DNA of 64,000 nucleotides, taken from positions 248,001 to 312,000 of the forward strand of contig CAJNYD010000039.1 in assembly GCA_905331295.1 (NCBI GenBank), written 5' to 3'. Numbering within the stretch: position 1 is the stretch's first letter; every line of letters starts with the position of its first letter. Source of the stretch: Rotaria socialis. Lineage: Eukaryota. The position numbers were made by a program, and so were the translations under genes. This document shows positions 40,736 through 54,082 of the stretch, in pieces. The notes under the pieces were generated by a model. That model saw nothing but the letters and a program-made list of their open reading frames with translations, was not told the DNA's origin and searched no databases.

Positions 40736-43700
40736 TTACATAGGTACTTTATCAATATCATCTCGGTGTTCTGGTCGATTGTTAACCATAAAACCAAGTT
40801 GCTTAACATCGATCTTTTGTCCTTTCGTTTTTTTAGCTTTCTTCTTTTGTCCATTACTCGCTAATTGAAAGCCTTCATCACCGCCATTACCCGAATTCGA
40901 TGACGTTGGTGCCATAGCTAATTCATGTAAACGTTCATTATCTAATTCGGGCTAAATGAAGCAAAACAATAGAAATGCAACATGAAATGTTGTTATAATA
41001 AATTATATACTTCAGCATTGGCTAATTGTTTACGTTTGACAATAAAATCACTGGCGAATTCTCTCGCTTTAATAACAGAACCTATGTATGGTTGAACATA
41101 TTCAATAATTTCATCTGAACTATCGATATCTTTTAATAATTGAACAAGTGTTGGAACTTGAATAAATGAAAAAGAGAAATGAGATTTGAAGAGGAAAAAA
41201 AACAGAACAACTAATATTATTTACCATCAATAGCCTGTAAATTATCTTTGAATTGTGTTTGTGTCCATTTCGATAATGCATCCTGTGTGCGTGTCGTTGA
41301 AAAAAGACATTTTACTTCACGTTCACTTTTTGATAATTCAGCATGTGCTAGATTTGATTTTGTTGTTGACGATGAGGATGCTGCGGCAGATTTTATTTCA
41401 GTCCATGGTGTTCTATTGAAATGAGCTTTTCTTTTGGATTTTGCGAATAAAATTTATACATACAATGGTTTAGTGTTACTAGTTGCGGCAGGTTTAGCTG
41501 GTGGTGATGGACTTGGTTGAGTATCGCCCCAGAATATGGATGATGATGAAGGTGGTGTAGGCTGTTGAAAAACACCACCCCATGCTGGTGTTGAATGACC
41601 AGATGAACTTAACTGTGTTGGTTGTTGTGGTTGTGGTTGCGGTTGCGGCTGTTGTACTGTCTGTTTCGGTTCAATCTGAAAGGGAACATTAAAAGTAATG
41701 TAAACTACAAATGTAAAAGAAAGCTATTTTTCAAAGATTCCATCAATTTGAAATTTGAACAAAATTTATTTTTGATAATAGCTAGAGAACGCTCGGCAAG
41801 TTACATATAACAAGAGTTTTTCCACTCACGATACTTAAGACACTTATAACTATGAGTTTCGTTTTTGTTAAATCTATTACTAATGAAAAATCCTGCATAG
41901 AGTAAACTGAATTCTAGTCTGACGAGAATCACAGTCCAGGATATATAATGTTCGAGATTAATTTCAAAATACTTTATTTGCTACAGTTCGTAGCGGAATG
42001 ATATAACAAGTAGCCTGTTGATCTTTGATTTACTCTGTATTTATATCCATATTTCACATCCAAATTTAGAAATAAAATTTTGCTAATCCGAGTCTTCAAA
42101 CGCTAATTAGTACCTATGACTTTTTTTTGCTGTTATTATACCGCAAAATCTCCTATAATCTTTCTCTAAATTTATAATAAGCAAAACTAACACGAACAGA
42201 TTTGTTCAGTTCGGATAAAAAGATTTTTACTCAAATTTCGAATCCGTAAAATCCCTTACTTGAGATTGCTGTTGTCGCTGAATATCTTGAAGTGATGTAT
42301 TGGATGGTGTAGCACTCGTAGCATTCCATGGTGCTGACTGTTGACTTGCAGCTGAACGAGATTTAGGCTAAAAAGAAAACATTCTTTTTTTCTGTTGTCA
42401 AAAATGATCTACTGAACGTTAAAAAGATTAAATAAATACAATCATGCAATACAACTACAGCACGACATACATGAATATTTAAAATAGATAGTACCGCGTT
42501 TGTTGCCTGTTGATTAAATGATGTTGTTGGTGAATCTGGTGACGTAGGTTCTGTGATTTCCTGATCTGATGAGAGATAATTATTTCGATTATTATTATTA
42601 TTATTATTATTATGAGTACTGCCAGCAAATAGTGTTCGCGCCCATGAACCAGGTTTATTACTTGATGATGAGCTTGGAATATTCACATTGTCACTTTTAG
42701 CCTAATAAAATAGAAATGCGTATCGGTATTGTGCTTTTTTCTCTTTCGATGATGTTAACATACGAGCTGTTGAGCAGCAAGTGCTGCATCTCGTACACGT
42801 CTTTCTTCTTCTTGTTCTTGCTTTTGGATTTCGGCAAAATTTAACTTTTGAATCTGATCACTATGAGATGATTGTCTTGCCCAATTGGCGGTTTCTGGTA
42901 GTTTAAATGATTGTTGTTGTTGTAGCTGCTGAGCATGTTCTCGTTGTTGTTGTTGTTGAAAGCGACGAACATTTTCCGCTCTAGAAAAATGATTTTAAAA
43001 AGTTCGTTCATGCAAGGAATATTGTTTTTTACTTTTGTGCTTCAATTTTCGCTTGTTGATCTTTCTGATATTGAAGAGATTGTTGAAAAGCTAAAAATGG
43101 ATCAAGTTCAACTTTAGGTTGAACTTGAGGTTTAACTGGTTGCTGTTGTTTTTTCTGATCCATTGTTTTAGCCATTTCTTTCATTTGATCAAATATCATA
43201 TTTTTGCTATTAACACTAGCTTCATTTTTCTTACGCAGCTCTTCTTCAAATTTTTGTTTCTGTTCGAACTGACGTCGTTCTTCATCTTCACGTTGTACAC
43301 GTAATTGTTCGGCTTGTTGAGTTAATTTTAACCGTTCGAGGTCAATTTCACGTCGTTGTTGGTCAAGACGACGTTGTTCCTCAACTTTCTCTTGCTGTTG
43401 TTGTCCATGACTTTGCATTGCTTGAGCTAGACGCGTCATTATATCGTCTGGCTTTTGGGATTGTGGCATTGATAGAGTTGTACCGAAAAATGATGTCGTC
43501 GACGATCCTGATGTATTCGATTGGGAAGGTATTTGACGAAATGAATGTTGATGAAGTTCATCAAATAATGGTTGTTGCTGATTTGTTGTCGATGTACTAC
43601 GTTGTAACTGAGGTTGTTGCGGGTAGACTATTGCAGGATCATTAGCAAGATTTGATGAAAACAGAGATGCTTGGGATTGGGATTGTTGTTGAGATGCAAA

Positions 43701-46700
43701 ATATGCTTGTAATTGAGGATTTATCATTGTTGGAGACGTAACCGGTTTTGGATCAACTATTGGTAGAGGCATTGATGTTTGTCTACCATAAAAGTAAAAA
43801 TAAAACAATAAAATTATGGGTTTTAAAATGCGTAGTTTCAAATTTACTGATTATGAGAACTATACATTGAAGTTATCTCAATGTTTTAGCGAGTACGATT
43901 GTCACTGGCTCAGTGCTCCGTATTTATAGAAACGCAAGTCCTTCATGGATGAATATTACATTGCATTTTCTCTCAAAATGAACTATTTTGACTTGATTTC
44001 ATTGATAAAAAGTAATCTTATTATTTATCTGTTTTGCTCTATACAGAATAACGTTAGACAAGATGATGAGTACTTCGTAACATATATGTGCTTTCTCAGT
44101 ATGCATAGGATTTCATTCAATGTCAGCATTCTAGAATCCAGATTAGACTGACTTTCTTATTAGAACTAAAGTCAGAAAATATATGACCGGTAGATACGTT
44201 TATTCTACCTATTAAATAATGACTGTTGTATATTTTTTCTTGGCTGTTGTTGCAATAAATAATCATCGAGATAAGTATTGTTTGCTGTTGACGATGTTCC
44301 GAATATCATAGAATTAAATTTTTGTGATTCAGACACGATTGGTTGCTGTACAACTGGCGGAATCGATGGGCCATCGGAACGAAATGGTAAACGACCTAAT
44401 TCTCTTGTTAATTGTTGTATAGATGAAAATTGTGCTTCACCAAAACGTTTAACAGGTAAATTTATAGTAAAATATCCGGCTTCAAACCAACGTTCCATAT
44501 CAGCTGATGAAAATGGTCCCTGCACTGTATTTTGTGGATCTTTATAAAACCACTGTTTATCATCAATAAGCACAGCTGATGGCTGGACACGTTGCTGTGG
44601 CATGATTGACGCAACAGAAGGCTGAATTGATTCTATCGAAATTGGATGAGGAGTTTTTTGAGAAGATATTGGTGGAGAATAATCATGATCCTAATAGACA
44701 GATATAAATAGAGTGTTTTTTTTTGGATGTGAGAAATTCTATACTTCAGCAAGGGTTGCTTCAACTACAGTTGTTGCTACGTCACTCGGTTCAAATTCAT
44801 CTTCCCATGATGCTAGAGTATGTTGTACAGGAGGCATTGGTTTGGGTTCTAGAATATTTCAAAAGAAAACGATTAGCAAGAAAATAATAACAATAATAAT
44901 AATCTACCAAGGATTTCAATTTTCTTTGGAACATTCATAACACTTGCATCTGTTTTTGGCAATGTTGATGCATTGTCATCTTTTTGTTTAGTCAAATGCT
45001 TAAAAGAAAAAAAATGTATTTAAGAAGAAAATTTGTTGTCAATCACTTACAACATTTGCATTGGTTGATGTGTCATCAATTGAAGAGTGAGTTTGAGATT
45101 TTGATTGCTCATTATTCTCATTACTTTGTCTTTTAGATGATGCAGTAGGAAACGGTGCTTCTTGTTCAAATGGCGAACTATTTAATTGGTTATCGTTATC
45201 GTTGTCATTCATCCATTCGGGTATCCCTAAATAATTCATTTTAAAATATGTTAGAATGTTATTTTCTAAATCTAATATTCCTACGTTCTCGTTTTGGTTG
45301 TGGACGCCGAGAATTGAGATCACGATCAGACGTTGCCGCATTCGATCGCCACCCACGACTGTGATTTGATTCATAACTGTTGGATGAACCTATTTTAGTT
45401 TTTAGAAAAAAAAAAGAAATAATATGATGAATTTCTGGATTTTATCTAAACACGTTTTCAACTATCTTATCAGTTGCTTATGATGACTACTAACAAAAGT
45501 CTGTTCATGACAGTCTCAAGTAACTAGACATATACAAATGTTTCTCTCTTAAGAATATTGATATTTTTATATACCGGATCGATCATCAGTGTGACTCCAC
45601 TTATCATTTGACTTAGTACGATTTTCCATTGAAGCTGCTCCTCCACTACCACCACCACCAGTACCGGTAGAACTTCCTCCTCGTCTTGTTTGTCCACCTC
45701 GAGATGCCCAAGAAGACGCAGAACCATTTGTAGATGTTGATGGATCTTCATTTTGATCATGATTTTCATCTTCATCCCCTCGTGATCGACGCCATGCATC
45801 AGATGTTTGACGTGTGCCACCACGACGAAATGATTGTGGTTGTTCACTGAAAATCAAACTCACTTATAATGAAATATATTTTAGGAAAAATATTCTTAAA
45901 TGCTAAGAATCAATCGAACACGAGTCTTGATCCAACAATCATCCATTTGAAATTCTTCTAGTAAAGAGTTTCTAATGCTCACCGATCATCATAAGACCGC
46001 ACACGATTACCAAAGGCTCCACCACCACGCGAATGATAACCACCCCGTGACCATGACGATGATGGTCCTGATGCATCATCGCCACCACCAGTATCTCCAC
46101 TATCTTCCGCATTATTATTCCCACGAGTCGGACCAAATGCATGATCACGTCCACCTAGAGAAATCGTTTTTTTTTCTTTTTATAAAATCAATATGAAATC
46201 GTTGTTTTGCTCTTGCCTCTGCCTCTCGGTCCACTACCACGTCCATTAGAAACTAAACCACCACGACTACTTCTTGGATCATGTTGCTGTTGTGATTGTT
46301 GAGAATTATTTCCTCCTCGGCCACCACCACCGCCAGGTGTTCGCCCAGATATATAACTTGATAGTGAATTCATTTTAGCCTAATGAAAAATTATGTTGAT
46401 AACAAAAGAAAAACGAAAGGTTTTCGTTGTTTACTGATTCTTCAGTTGTTGGTGTTGTCAATGATAATGGTTCAATTATATTCGGTCGAAAAACACTCTC
46501 AACGTCTTTTAAATTTTCCATTATTTCATTTCTTACATCTTCCGATAGACGTTGAGTTACATTAGCACGTAGCGCTAAGATTTCATCTTTCGAATAACGA
46601 TATTTTGTTGCTGAAAATTTAAAAACACTTCCACCACCACTACCGCTGGTCGATGGAATAGGTGTTGTTGATTCAGGTGTTGATAAAGCTCGAAGCCTAA

Positions 46701-46797
46701 TTAATAAAAATATATTAATATGAAACAACAATCTATATCTATCAAACCATTCTGGTCCGAAATTTAATGGTTGTTGAGCGACAGTAGTTGAACTCAT
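40736..46797 (-). CDS. GIGYF: GRB10-interacting GYF protein (GIGYF1/2), 18 exons
   Basis: LNFGPEWLR; 4EHP-binding YRYSKDEILAL; IPEW; GYF domain WFYKDPQNTVQGPFSSADMERWFEAGYF; C-terminal IDVPTLVQLLKDI...YIG...AREFASDF and KKKAKKTKGQKIDVKQLGF. Exons: 46797-46748, 46696-46435, 46379-46217, 46154-45983, 45846-45575, 45389-45285, 45226-45051, 44998-44908, 44848-44745, 44690-44209, 43782-43033, 42980-42764, 42701-42495, 42367-42260, 41675-41464, 41412-41225, 41156-41011, about 40942-40736. Confidence 0.92.
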
Positions 46798-48459
46798 TTT
46801 TGTATTTAGTTTTCGAAACTAAAATCGATAATCGATTGAAAAAAAATATAGAAGCGAAGCAAAATCTTAAAAAATTTTAAAAAACAAATAAACAAACAAA
46901 ATGCAATCAATGTAATATTTTAAAGAGACAAAAATCTATTTTTTATTTATTATTCGTTGTTGTTAAAATAAAAACGAAAAAAATAAAATTAGATTATGAA
47001 TACAGGATGCAATAGGTCCGATTTTTCTTTCGATTTTTTGTTTTGCTTGTCATCTAGTTTATTTACCACTTAAACATGAGAATTCCATATTTTACTTCGA
47101 CAACGGAATGTATGTGGTCGAATAGGAATGAAAGAACAATGAATAAACATATGCGTTGGAGAGAAATAGTGAAGGTGACTTGACGAAAGGGGTCGCTTTC
47201 GAACAGCTATTCTTTGCTATTCAATATGATAACGGTCTCTATAACTATTAGAAAAAAGAAGAATGAAGTCGTTATTTATTTATTTATTCGTTTACTTGAA
47301 TTTCTATTTGAAAATATTCAGAGCAATTCTACAAAAATGTTATAGGGGGCGACGACTGCCTGATAACTACCTCAAAGAAAGAAAGGACTCGAGTTCTTTC
47401 ATATAAACGGAACTCAGTTATTTTTAAAACAAATTGACCTTTCTCAAGCTCTCATCCTGATACGAGGCTTCCTTCCGATAGATTATTTTTGTTTTTCATG
47501 ACGCACGAATTATTTAGTTAACATGTAGCAATGAATTTTCAATTTCAATACAAACGAAGATGAAATGTCGCTCTGCATTAAATTTGTGTAGAAAAAAGAA
47601 GAATTTTGCAGGTCTTCGCAGCCTTCTCAAAGATATTAGCTTTTTCTGTTGTAAGAACAAAAAATGAATGAATAGTATTAATATTCGGAAATCATTGAGA
47701 CCGTATAAGAATTGTAAGATACGTCCAATCTGAATAATTGAATTCCTATATCCACTTTATAAACAGCATGTGTTGTCTCGTCGATCACTTTATTTTGACG
47801 ATTGAAACAATTGCTCCTTTAGTTTTGTTTTTCTTGATGTTTTGTTTGACATAATTCGTTTACAGAGACGATTATTCAACGAATGATACGATCTTCGTCG
47901 ACCATTTTATTTATTCACACTGACTTCTGTAAACTTTTGAAAAAGAAAAACATCGTGTCTGAATTCAGGACATGTATTGTTGAAATTCCAGAATATATTC
48001 TGCAGAGCGAACTCGAGCAATCTTTGATTTCAGACTTGAACTAAGTTAACTGAATGAACAACCATCTATAATTTTTCTTCAAAAATATTATATTCCATTA
48101 GGAACGAATAGCTATATTGTTTATGTTACTAGACATTAATAGTGTACCTAATGTATTTCTTTGTTATAGCCTAACCCTTCAAATTGTTCTACATTTTGAT
48201 AACATACTCAGTTCATTCTAAATCATATTGTGTCATTATGCTTCATATTAATAATAATACTAGAAGACATTTCTCTTTGAATGTGTAACAGGAAAACGTC
48301 TTTTTTTCTTCTTTGCTATGATCGAAAACAAAGTTGACATAAGGTGAAGATCGAAGAGAGTAAAGAAAGTGTTATACTGATTACTAATAGGAAAAAAAGA
48401 AGAATAAGAACTAAGGGATATAAAGAAGAGAGGAGTTCGTCTATTATACACGAAGATAA

Positions 48460-49101
48460 TTAACCATCCCAATTATAAAGTTTTCCCGGTAGACGAGGTT
48501 GACTACGAGTCTTGGTTTCTTTATTATTTGTTGCTGCTAATAAACTAGCAGTTAGTTTTTCAGCTTCAGGAATTGATACAAATGCTGCAGTTGTTTGTGT
48601 ATTCGCTCCAGTTGTTAATTGTCTAATCATATTTCATAATTAAACATGAGTCGAACAATAAAAGAAGTGAAATATTTACGGTTGTGCAGCACTACTTGAA
48701 AGGTATCTTTGATCTGTTGTATTAGAAAAAAGAATTTGAGGTGGTGCAACGTGCCGACGAGCATCCCGGTCCAAGTAATAATTTTTACTTAACTTATGAG
48801 CGAAACCAGTTGGTAAAAGTGGTGATGGTTGAGTTCTTTTAAAAAGAGATAAAACATATATAATAAAAATCAACCAAAATATTTTTGTTCCGGTCTTTTT
48901 ACCGTTTAGACATATCAAATTCGTGTCGTTGATTCGGTGTATAATCTCGCTAGAAAAAAAAAAGAATTAACACTTAGAAATCATTTAAAATATTATTTTT
49001 ACAAGCATAAGAAATTGACGTAAAGGTGCAAGCCATTTGTTAATATCACGTTTAACAACCGGTGCAGCTGCATCGACAACGTGTTTAACTTTTGAACTCA
49101 T
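48460..49101 (-). CDS. NDUFA7: NADH dehydrogenase 1 alpha subcomplex subunit 7 (B14.5a), 154 aa, 4 exons: 49101-49003, 48949-48903, 48835-48680, 48622-48460
   Basis: LRQFLM...R...[36 protein letters not shown]...[10 protein letters not shown] matches the NDUFA7 signature ([32 protein letters not shown]). Splice phases are consistent. Confidence 0.92.
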
Positions 49102-49193
49102 TGTAAATCTAAAAAAGAAATGTTTCACTTTTTCTATTCAATATCTTATGGACGGAAAAAAATTGTTTTATTAAATAAAACATTTATTTGACA

Positions 49194-51447
49194 CTAAGAC
49201 GGAAGAAAATGATCTTGTAAACTTGTTGGTTTCTTGATATCCTTAAAAACCAAAGATTAAATTTTAAATCGTTCAACATAGACAGTGATTTCGAAACTTA
49301 TTCGACTAGGTTTATTTTTTTTCTCGTTTGTACTCATCGTTAAGAGAATCACTTCTAACTTTTCAAGCCGTAGATTTTTTCGATGAACCAAATAACCCTA
49401 GTCGAATGATTTTCCGAGTCACTGTTTTCGAAGAATTAAACGAACTTTATCATCAGATGAAGCTGTTGACAATTGGCGAACAGGATTTGTATGTAACATA
49501 TATCGATCGAGTTGATCGTAAATTTTAGAAAAATAACGTTGAACTATTTCATTAACAGCATCACATGGTAAATACATTATTTCTAAAAAACGAATTATTC
49601 TAAAATAAAATTAATGAAATGAACAATAACAACGAACGTGTTTCAAATGATCCTTCATTACTATTCATTTCAATAAATGCTTCTGTTGGATTTCGATGTA
49701 GAAGTAATAGACGTTCAAGTTGTCGATGAATCTCAACAACACATTGCCGTAATTGTTCATTTTCAATCATTAATAAACGATGTTTTTGATCGTAGTCATG
49801 ACAGATTTTTTTTAATAATGCTCTTTAAATGAAAAACAAAATGTTCAATCGAAACACAGAAAAGTTTTATTTATTCTACATACTCAGTAGAAGACGATGA
49901 TAGTGTTGTTGTTGATGATGATGGTATTGATTCATTCAATAGTAAAGGAGACGGATAGTCGATGGTTGAAGGTGTTGGTCTAGATAAAAACAACGTTATC
50001 GATGTATTTGATTAAACAAAAACTTTATTGTTTCAATTGAAATTAATAAAACTGGATCAATAATTCTAGTTATTGGAAATCTATTCATAGGATTTTTTTT
50101 CTCTTAGTTTTCAATTCAAACAAAAACTACTTGTACTGGCCGAAGTCATTCTTAAAGAGGTATTCGCTTTTTTTATTTTGTATTTTTGCAAGATCAAGTA
50201 TTGCAATCGGACTTCTGTTACTAATCTATTTTATGTCATGATTGATCATCATGTTCACATTCGATATGAATAGTGCTGTTGATAGCAATTACATTAACTT
50301 TTAATTCTTCACATTTCCTTCCTCCAAACGAATAAACTCTTTTGGTGATTTTTATTTTCTACAAAATAATGGAAAATTGGCGAAAAGATTTACGAAGAAA
50401 TGAAGAGGTAATGTTTTCTCAATGTCTTAAAGAAAAATCATTGGTAGACACACACACACATGACATTCATTTTTAGTGTAGATTAAACGATAATTCTCAG
50501 ATTGAATGTCCTGTCCACATAGATGCTTGCAGGATCAACGATATGAAAAATATATAATACGATAGTGTACTCTCAAATGATCGTCTATGTGTTCAATTCT
50601 GAGAAGTATTATTACTATTCTATGATGTTGCTACTCACGGATTTCTCATGGCTAATTACGCATAAAACGAATGATGACAATGTGTTTTTTTTTCTACTTC
50701 AATTAATTCCATCTATTAAAAGAATAATTACCGATTTTTTTCAAAGTTCAAAATTCGTTCCTTTAATTTATCCATTTGTTTTTCTAACGTTCTATATTGA
50801 TGTTTAGCAATGGCGCTTTGTTGATTGAATATTTGATTTAAACGACGAATCTAAAAAACTCGTTCAGATTTTGAACAAGGAATTCATATTTATATTTTAC
50901 GAACTTCTTTATCTTTTGTTTGGATAGCTTGTGTCAGCTGATTGATTTTCGTTTCATACTGTTGAATATGATCTGATAAACGTTCTTTTGTTGTTTGAAG
51001 ACAATCGATATTATTTTTAATAGTATCTTCTCGTTTTTCATATTTAACTTGATCGGTTTCAATTTTTTTTAATTTTTCATATAATACATGTTTATCATGT
51101 GCTAGTTTATTATAATTTTTTACCAGTTGACGACATACTGAAGCTGTTTGATCGATATTTATTGTTTTTGGAACAAAATCAAATAGGCCAAGTAAACAAA
51201 GATCCTAGAATAAAATCAAATCTAATGAAATGTCGAACGTTTAGTGAAAACAAACTTCATTTAATTTGATTAATTGTTCACTATTTTGAGTATTTTCTGT
51301 TATCGGAAGAAAAAAACTCGATGAAGTCGATGAACACAGTGGCTTTTCTGCGACAACAAGTGGTGTTGAACTGTAGATTGGTGGTTCATGTTGATGACCT
51401 GTGAGATTTAATAAAGGAGAATTTGAAAATAGATCTAAATCATTCAT
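49194..51447 (-). CDS. SSX2IP: Coiled-coil protein, SSX2IP/ADIP (afadin- and alpha-actinin-binding)-like, 388 aa, 8 exons
   Basis: Exons: 51447-51256, 51204-50905, 50850-50732, 50220-50131, 49979-49884, 49822-49638, 49582-49446, 49241-49194; all GT-AG and in phase. KHQYRTLEKQMDKLKERI and HDYDQKHRLLMIENEQLRQCV resemble the ADIP segments (...EYNKLKERL; NDYEYRQKQILMENAELKKVL). Confidence 0.7.
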
Positions 51448-54082
51448 ATTATCATTCAAAATACTTCTATTTTTTTTCTCGTTTGTAAATAATAATGTCT
51501 AGTTACACTCTGATTGATCATTAGTCAACCAATAGAATAGAAACTGAAAGGTATATTGTGTCGCCGTCGTCTTAATGGAACATCTCGTGGAACTATATAA
51601 GCTAGATGAGGTCGCTTTATGCTGAGATTCTTCGTATTCATGTCAGAAAACAGATTAGAAAATAGTAGAGAGAACGTCGATAGTACTTTTGCTCGCTTAC
51701 GATCATAATTCGCAAACCTTAAATATTCTTCAGTTGGTGTGAGAACACAACTGTCAATAGAAAAACATCATAAACCACAAAATTTACTTTTTATACTGCA
51801 ATTCATGTTTTAACTTCAGTGTACATAGGCCTAACAGTTGCCATTGCTTGCCAAATAGAACACTCTATTTTCAGATAGTTTTCTAATAACAGAATAAAGT
51901 ATCATGATATAACCAGAAGTATCAACGAAATTGAGAAATACTATCAAGAAAATTGACCAATATTTTTAATCAATGAATCGACTGCCATTGAGCAATTAGA
52001 ATAATATAATTCCCTTCATTATATGAAATTACAGTTAAATCCAGAAGAAAAAATTATTCTTTTACATTAATTAAGAAAATAAAAATCGCATGCATAATTA
52101 TAATTACACTTCAGCATATATTCAATTTAACTCAAAAAGTTAAAGTGATAAATAATTAGTTTAATAGGTAAGCTTTTTGGCATAATTTTCTTTACGATAA
52201 TTTCATAGAATATATTTAAATCAAGGTCATCTTACTGGATTGTTTTTCTAACCAGTCATTTTACTAACAGCATATTTCTTTTAATTAGCTACAAATAACT
52301 GTCATCATTGATTGTGTAATAGAAATAAATCGTACCCGGAGAAAAGCTAATTTTCTTAAATGAAACATTTACGTGGTTTTTTTCTGTATGTGACTCAAAT
52401 AGTGAAAGATAAATGATCGAAACTAAATTTAGTCCTACTGAGAGGAAAAAATACATAATAAATGATGATGATTGATAAACAATACTATTTTAATTAAATA
52501 TAAATATATAATTGATGAAAAGTTTTATTTTTAAAGAGCATGCTTTCTATTCCATATTGTTGAATGAAAGAAAATGTCATACTTTAAATAATTTTACCGG
52601 ATTTTCCTAATCTGTTATATAAATAGATAATGCATACCCTCCACCTATGATGACATTTGTATCGAAAATCTTAAATGATTTACTGTTTTCCTAACATGCA
52701 CGTCTTGTAAATGAAGCTACTTCCCAATATCATTCAGTGAAAGAATAAAATTATCTTCATTATCATTGTTTATAGTTTCTTTTATATAATTTTGGAAATG
52801 AAAAATACAGAGCGTAAACATTTTGTTACTTTCGCTCGTACCTCATAATTTGGAAGAAAACGAGGTGAACTCGCCCAGACGCTTTCATGATCGTTGAATA
52901 GAGCGTATGTTGCTGTGTTACTGGATAATTATGTGACATAACTTATAAAAACGTCTTTTCTCAGTGATTTTCATTCAAGCAGAATACTTTAAAAATTATT
53001 TCCTGAATTCTTGAGTTCATCCTATCAGAAGAACGCTCACTTTTTCTGACGTATCAACGGCATTCGCTATTGAAAATCTACAAGACGAAAACAACGAACA
53101 TTTTTCGTTAGATATAATACAAATAAATTTTTCTAATTAATTTTTTTGATTAATAAATATATAATTACTTCATATTTAATCATATGAATGCTAGAAAAAG
53201 AATTAAAAAAAACTTCCCTCCGATAATCGTAGAAGAAGACGAAGAAAAAAACCTCATCTATGTTTAAAAAATTGTTTCTTTTCTAATTGTTCTTTACAAT
53301 ATCTCTTGAGAATTCGTTTTCTATTGCCCTTGGGTCCATTATCATCATCATTGTGTGACAAAAAGGTATGTATTGAATGTTCATCTAAAGAAATTTCTCT
53401 TGATAACAAATCAATAGCATAGTCGAAATCAATTATCATCTGAATATGGTGTGATGATGATGAAGTAATCAACACACAATTGACCTATCATCTGTATTAT
53501 TTCTTTTTATCTCATCAATCCATTCGAGCAGAAAATTGTTCATATTTGAATAGGACAAAGACATAGGTGAATCCTCTATATAGACAATTGACATAGCGTG
53601 TCGTTAATTGAAGCAATAATATTTGAAGTTTCGTTTATTCTTTTTTTATTTTTATTTACTCTCCGTAGTCGGTCTTGTGCCTTTCTATTAATCTCATCGC
53701 GTGCATCTAACTGCTTGCAATATACATATATGCAAAATTGATCGTCATTATATTCACAATGAATTAGTAAAAATAAGAAATGATGGCAACGTCTGGCAGC
53801 AATTATTTTATTAGATCGACTTACCTTCGTCTCTCTATTTTTTTCCTTTTCTTTTTTTTTAAATGCACAGGTGATAAAACAAATGAATCAAAAGAAGGCA
53901 AGAAAGAAAATAATGTTTATAGAAATACATGGCTAATTCATTAAATCATATTTAATATATACGTGTATAAAGAAAACAAATTTTAGCAATACAATGGGAA
54001 ATTCTCTGTTTATGCACATAATTTCAAACCAAAAAAAAAAAAAATGAAAAGAAAAAAGAAAGAAAAGAAAAATCTTATGTTC

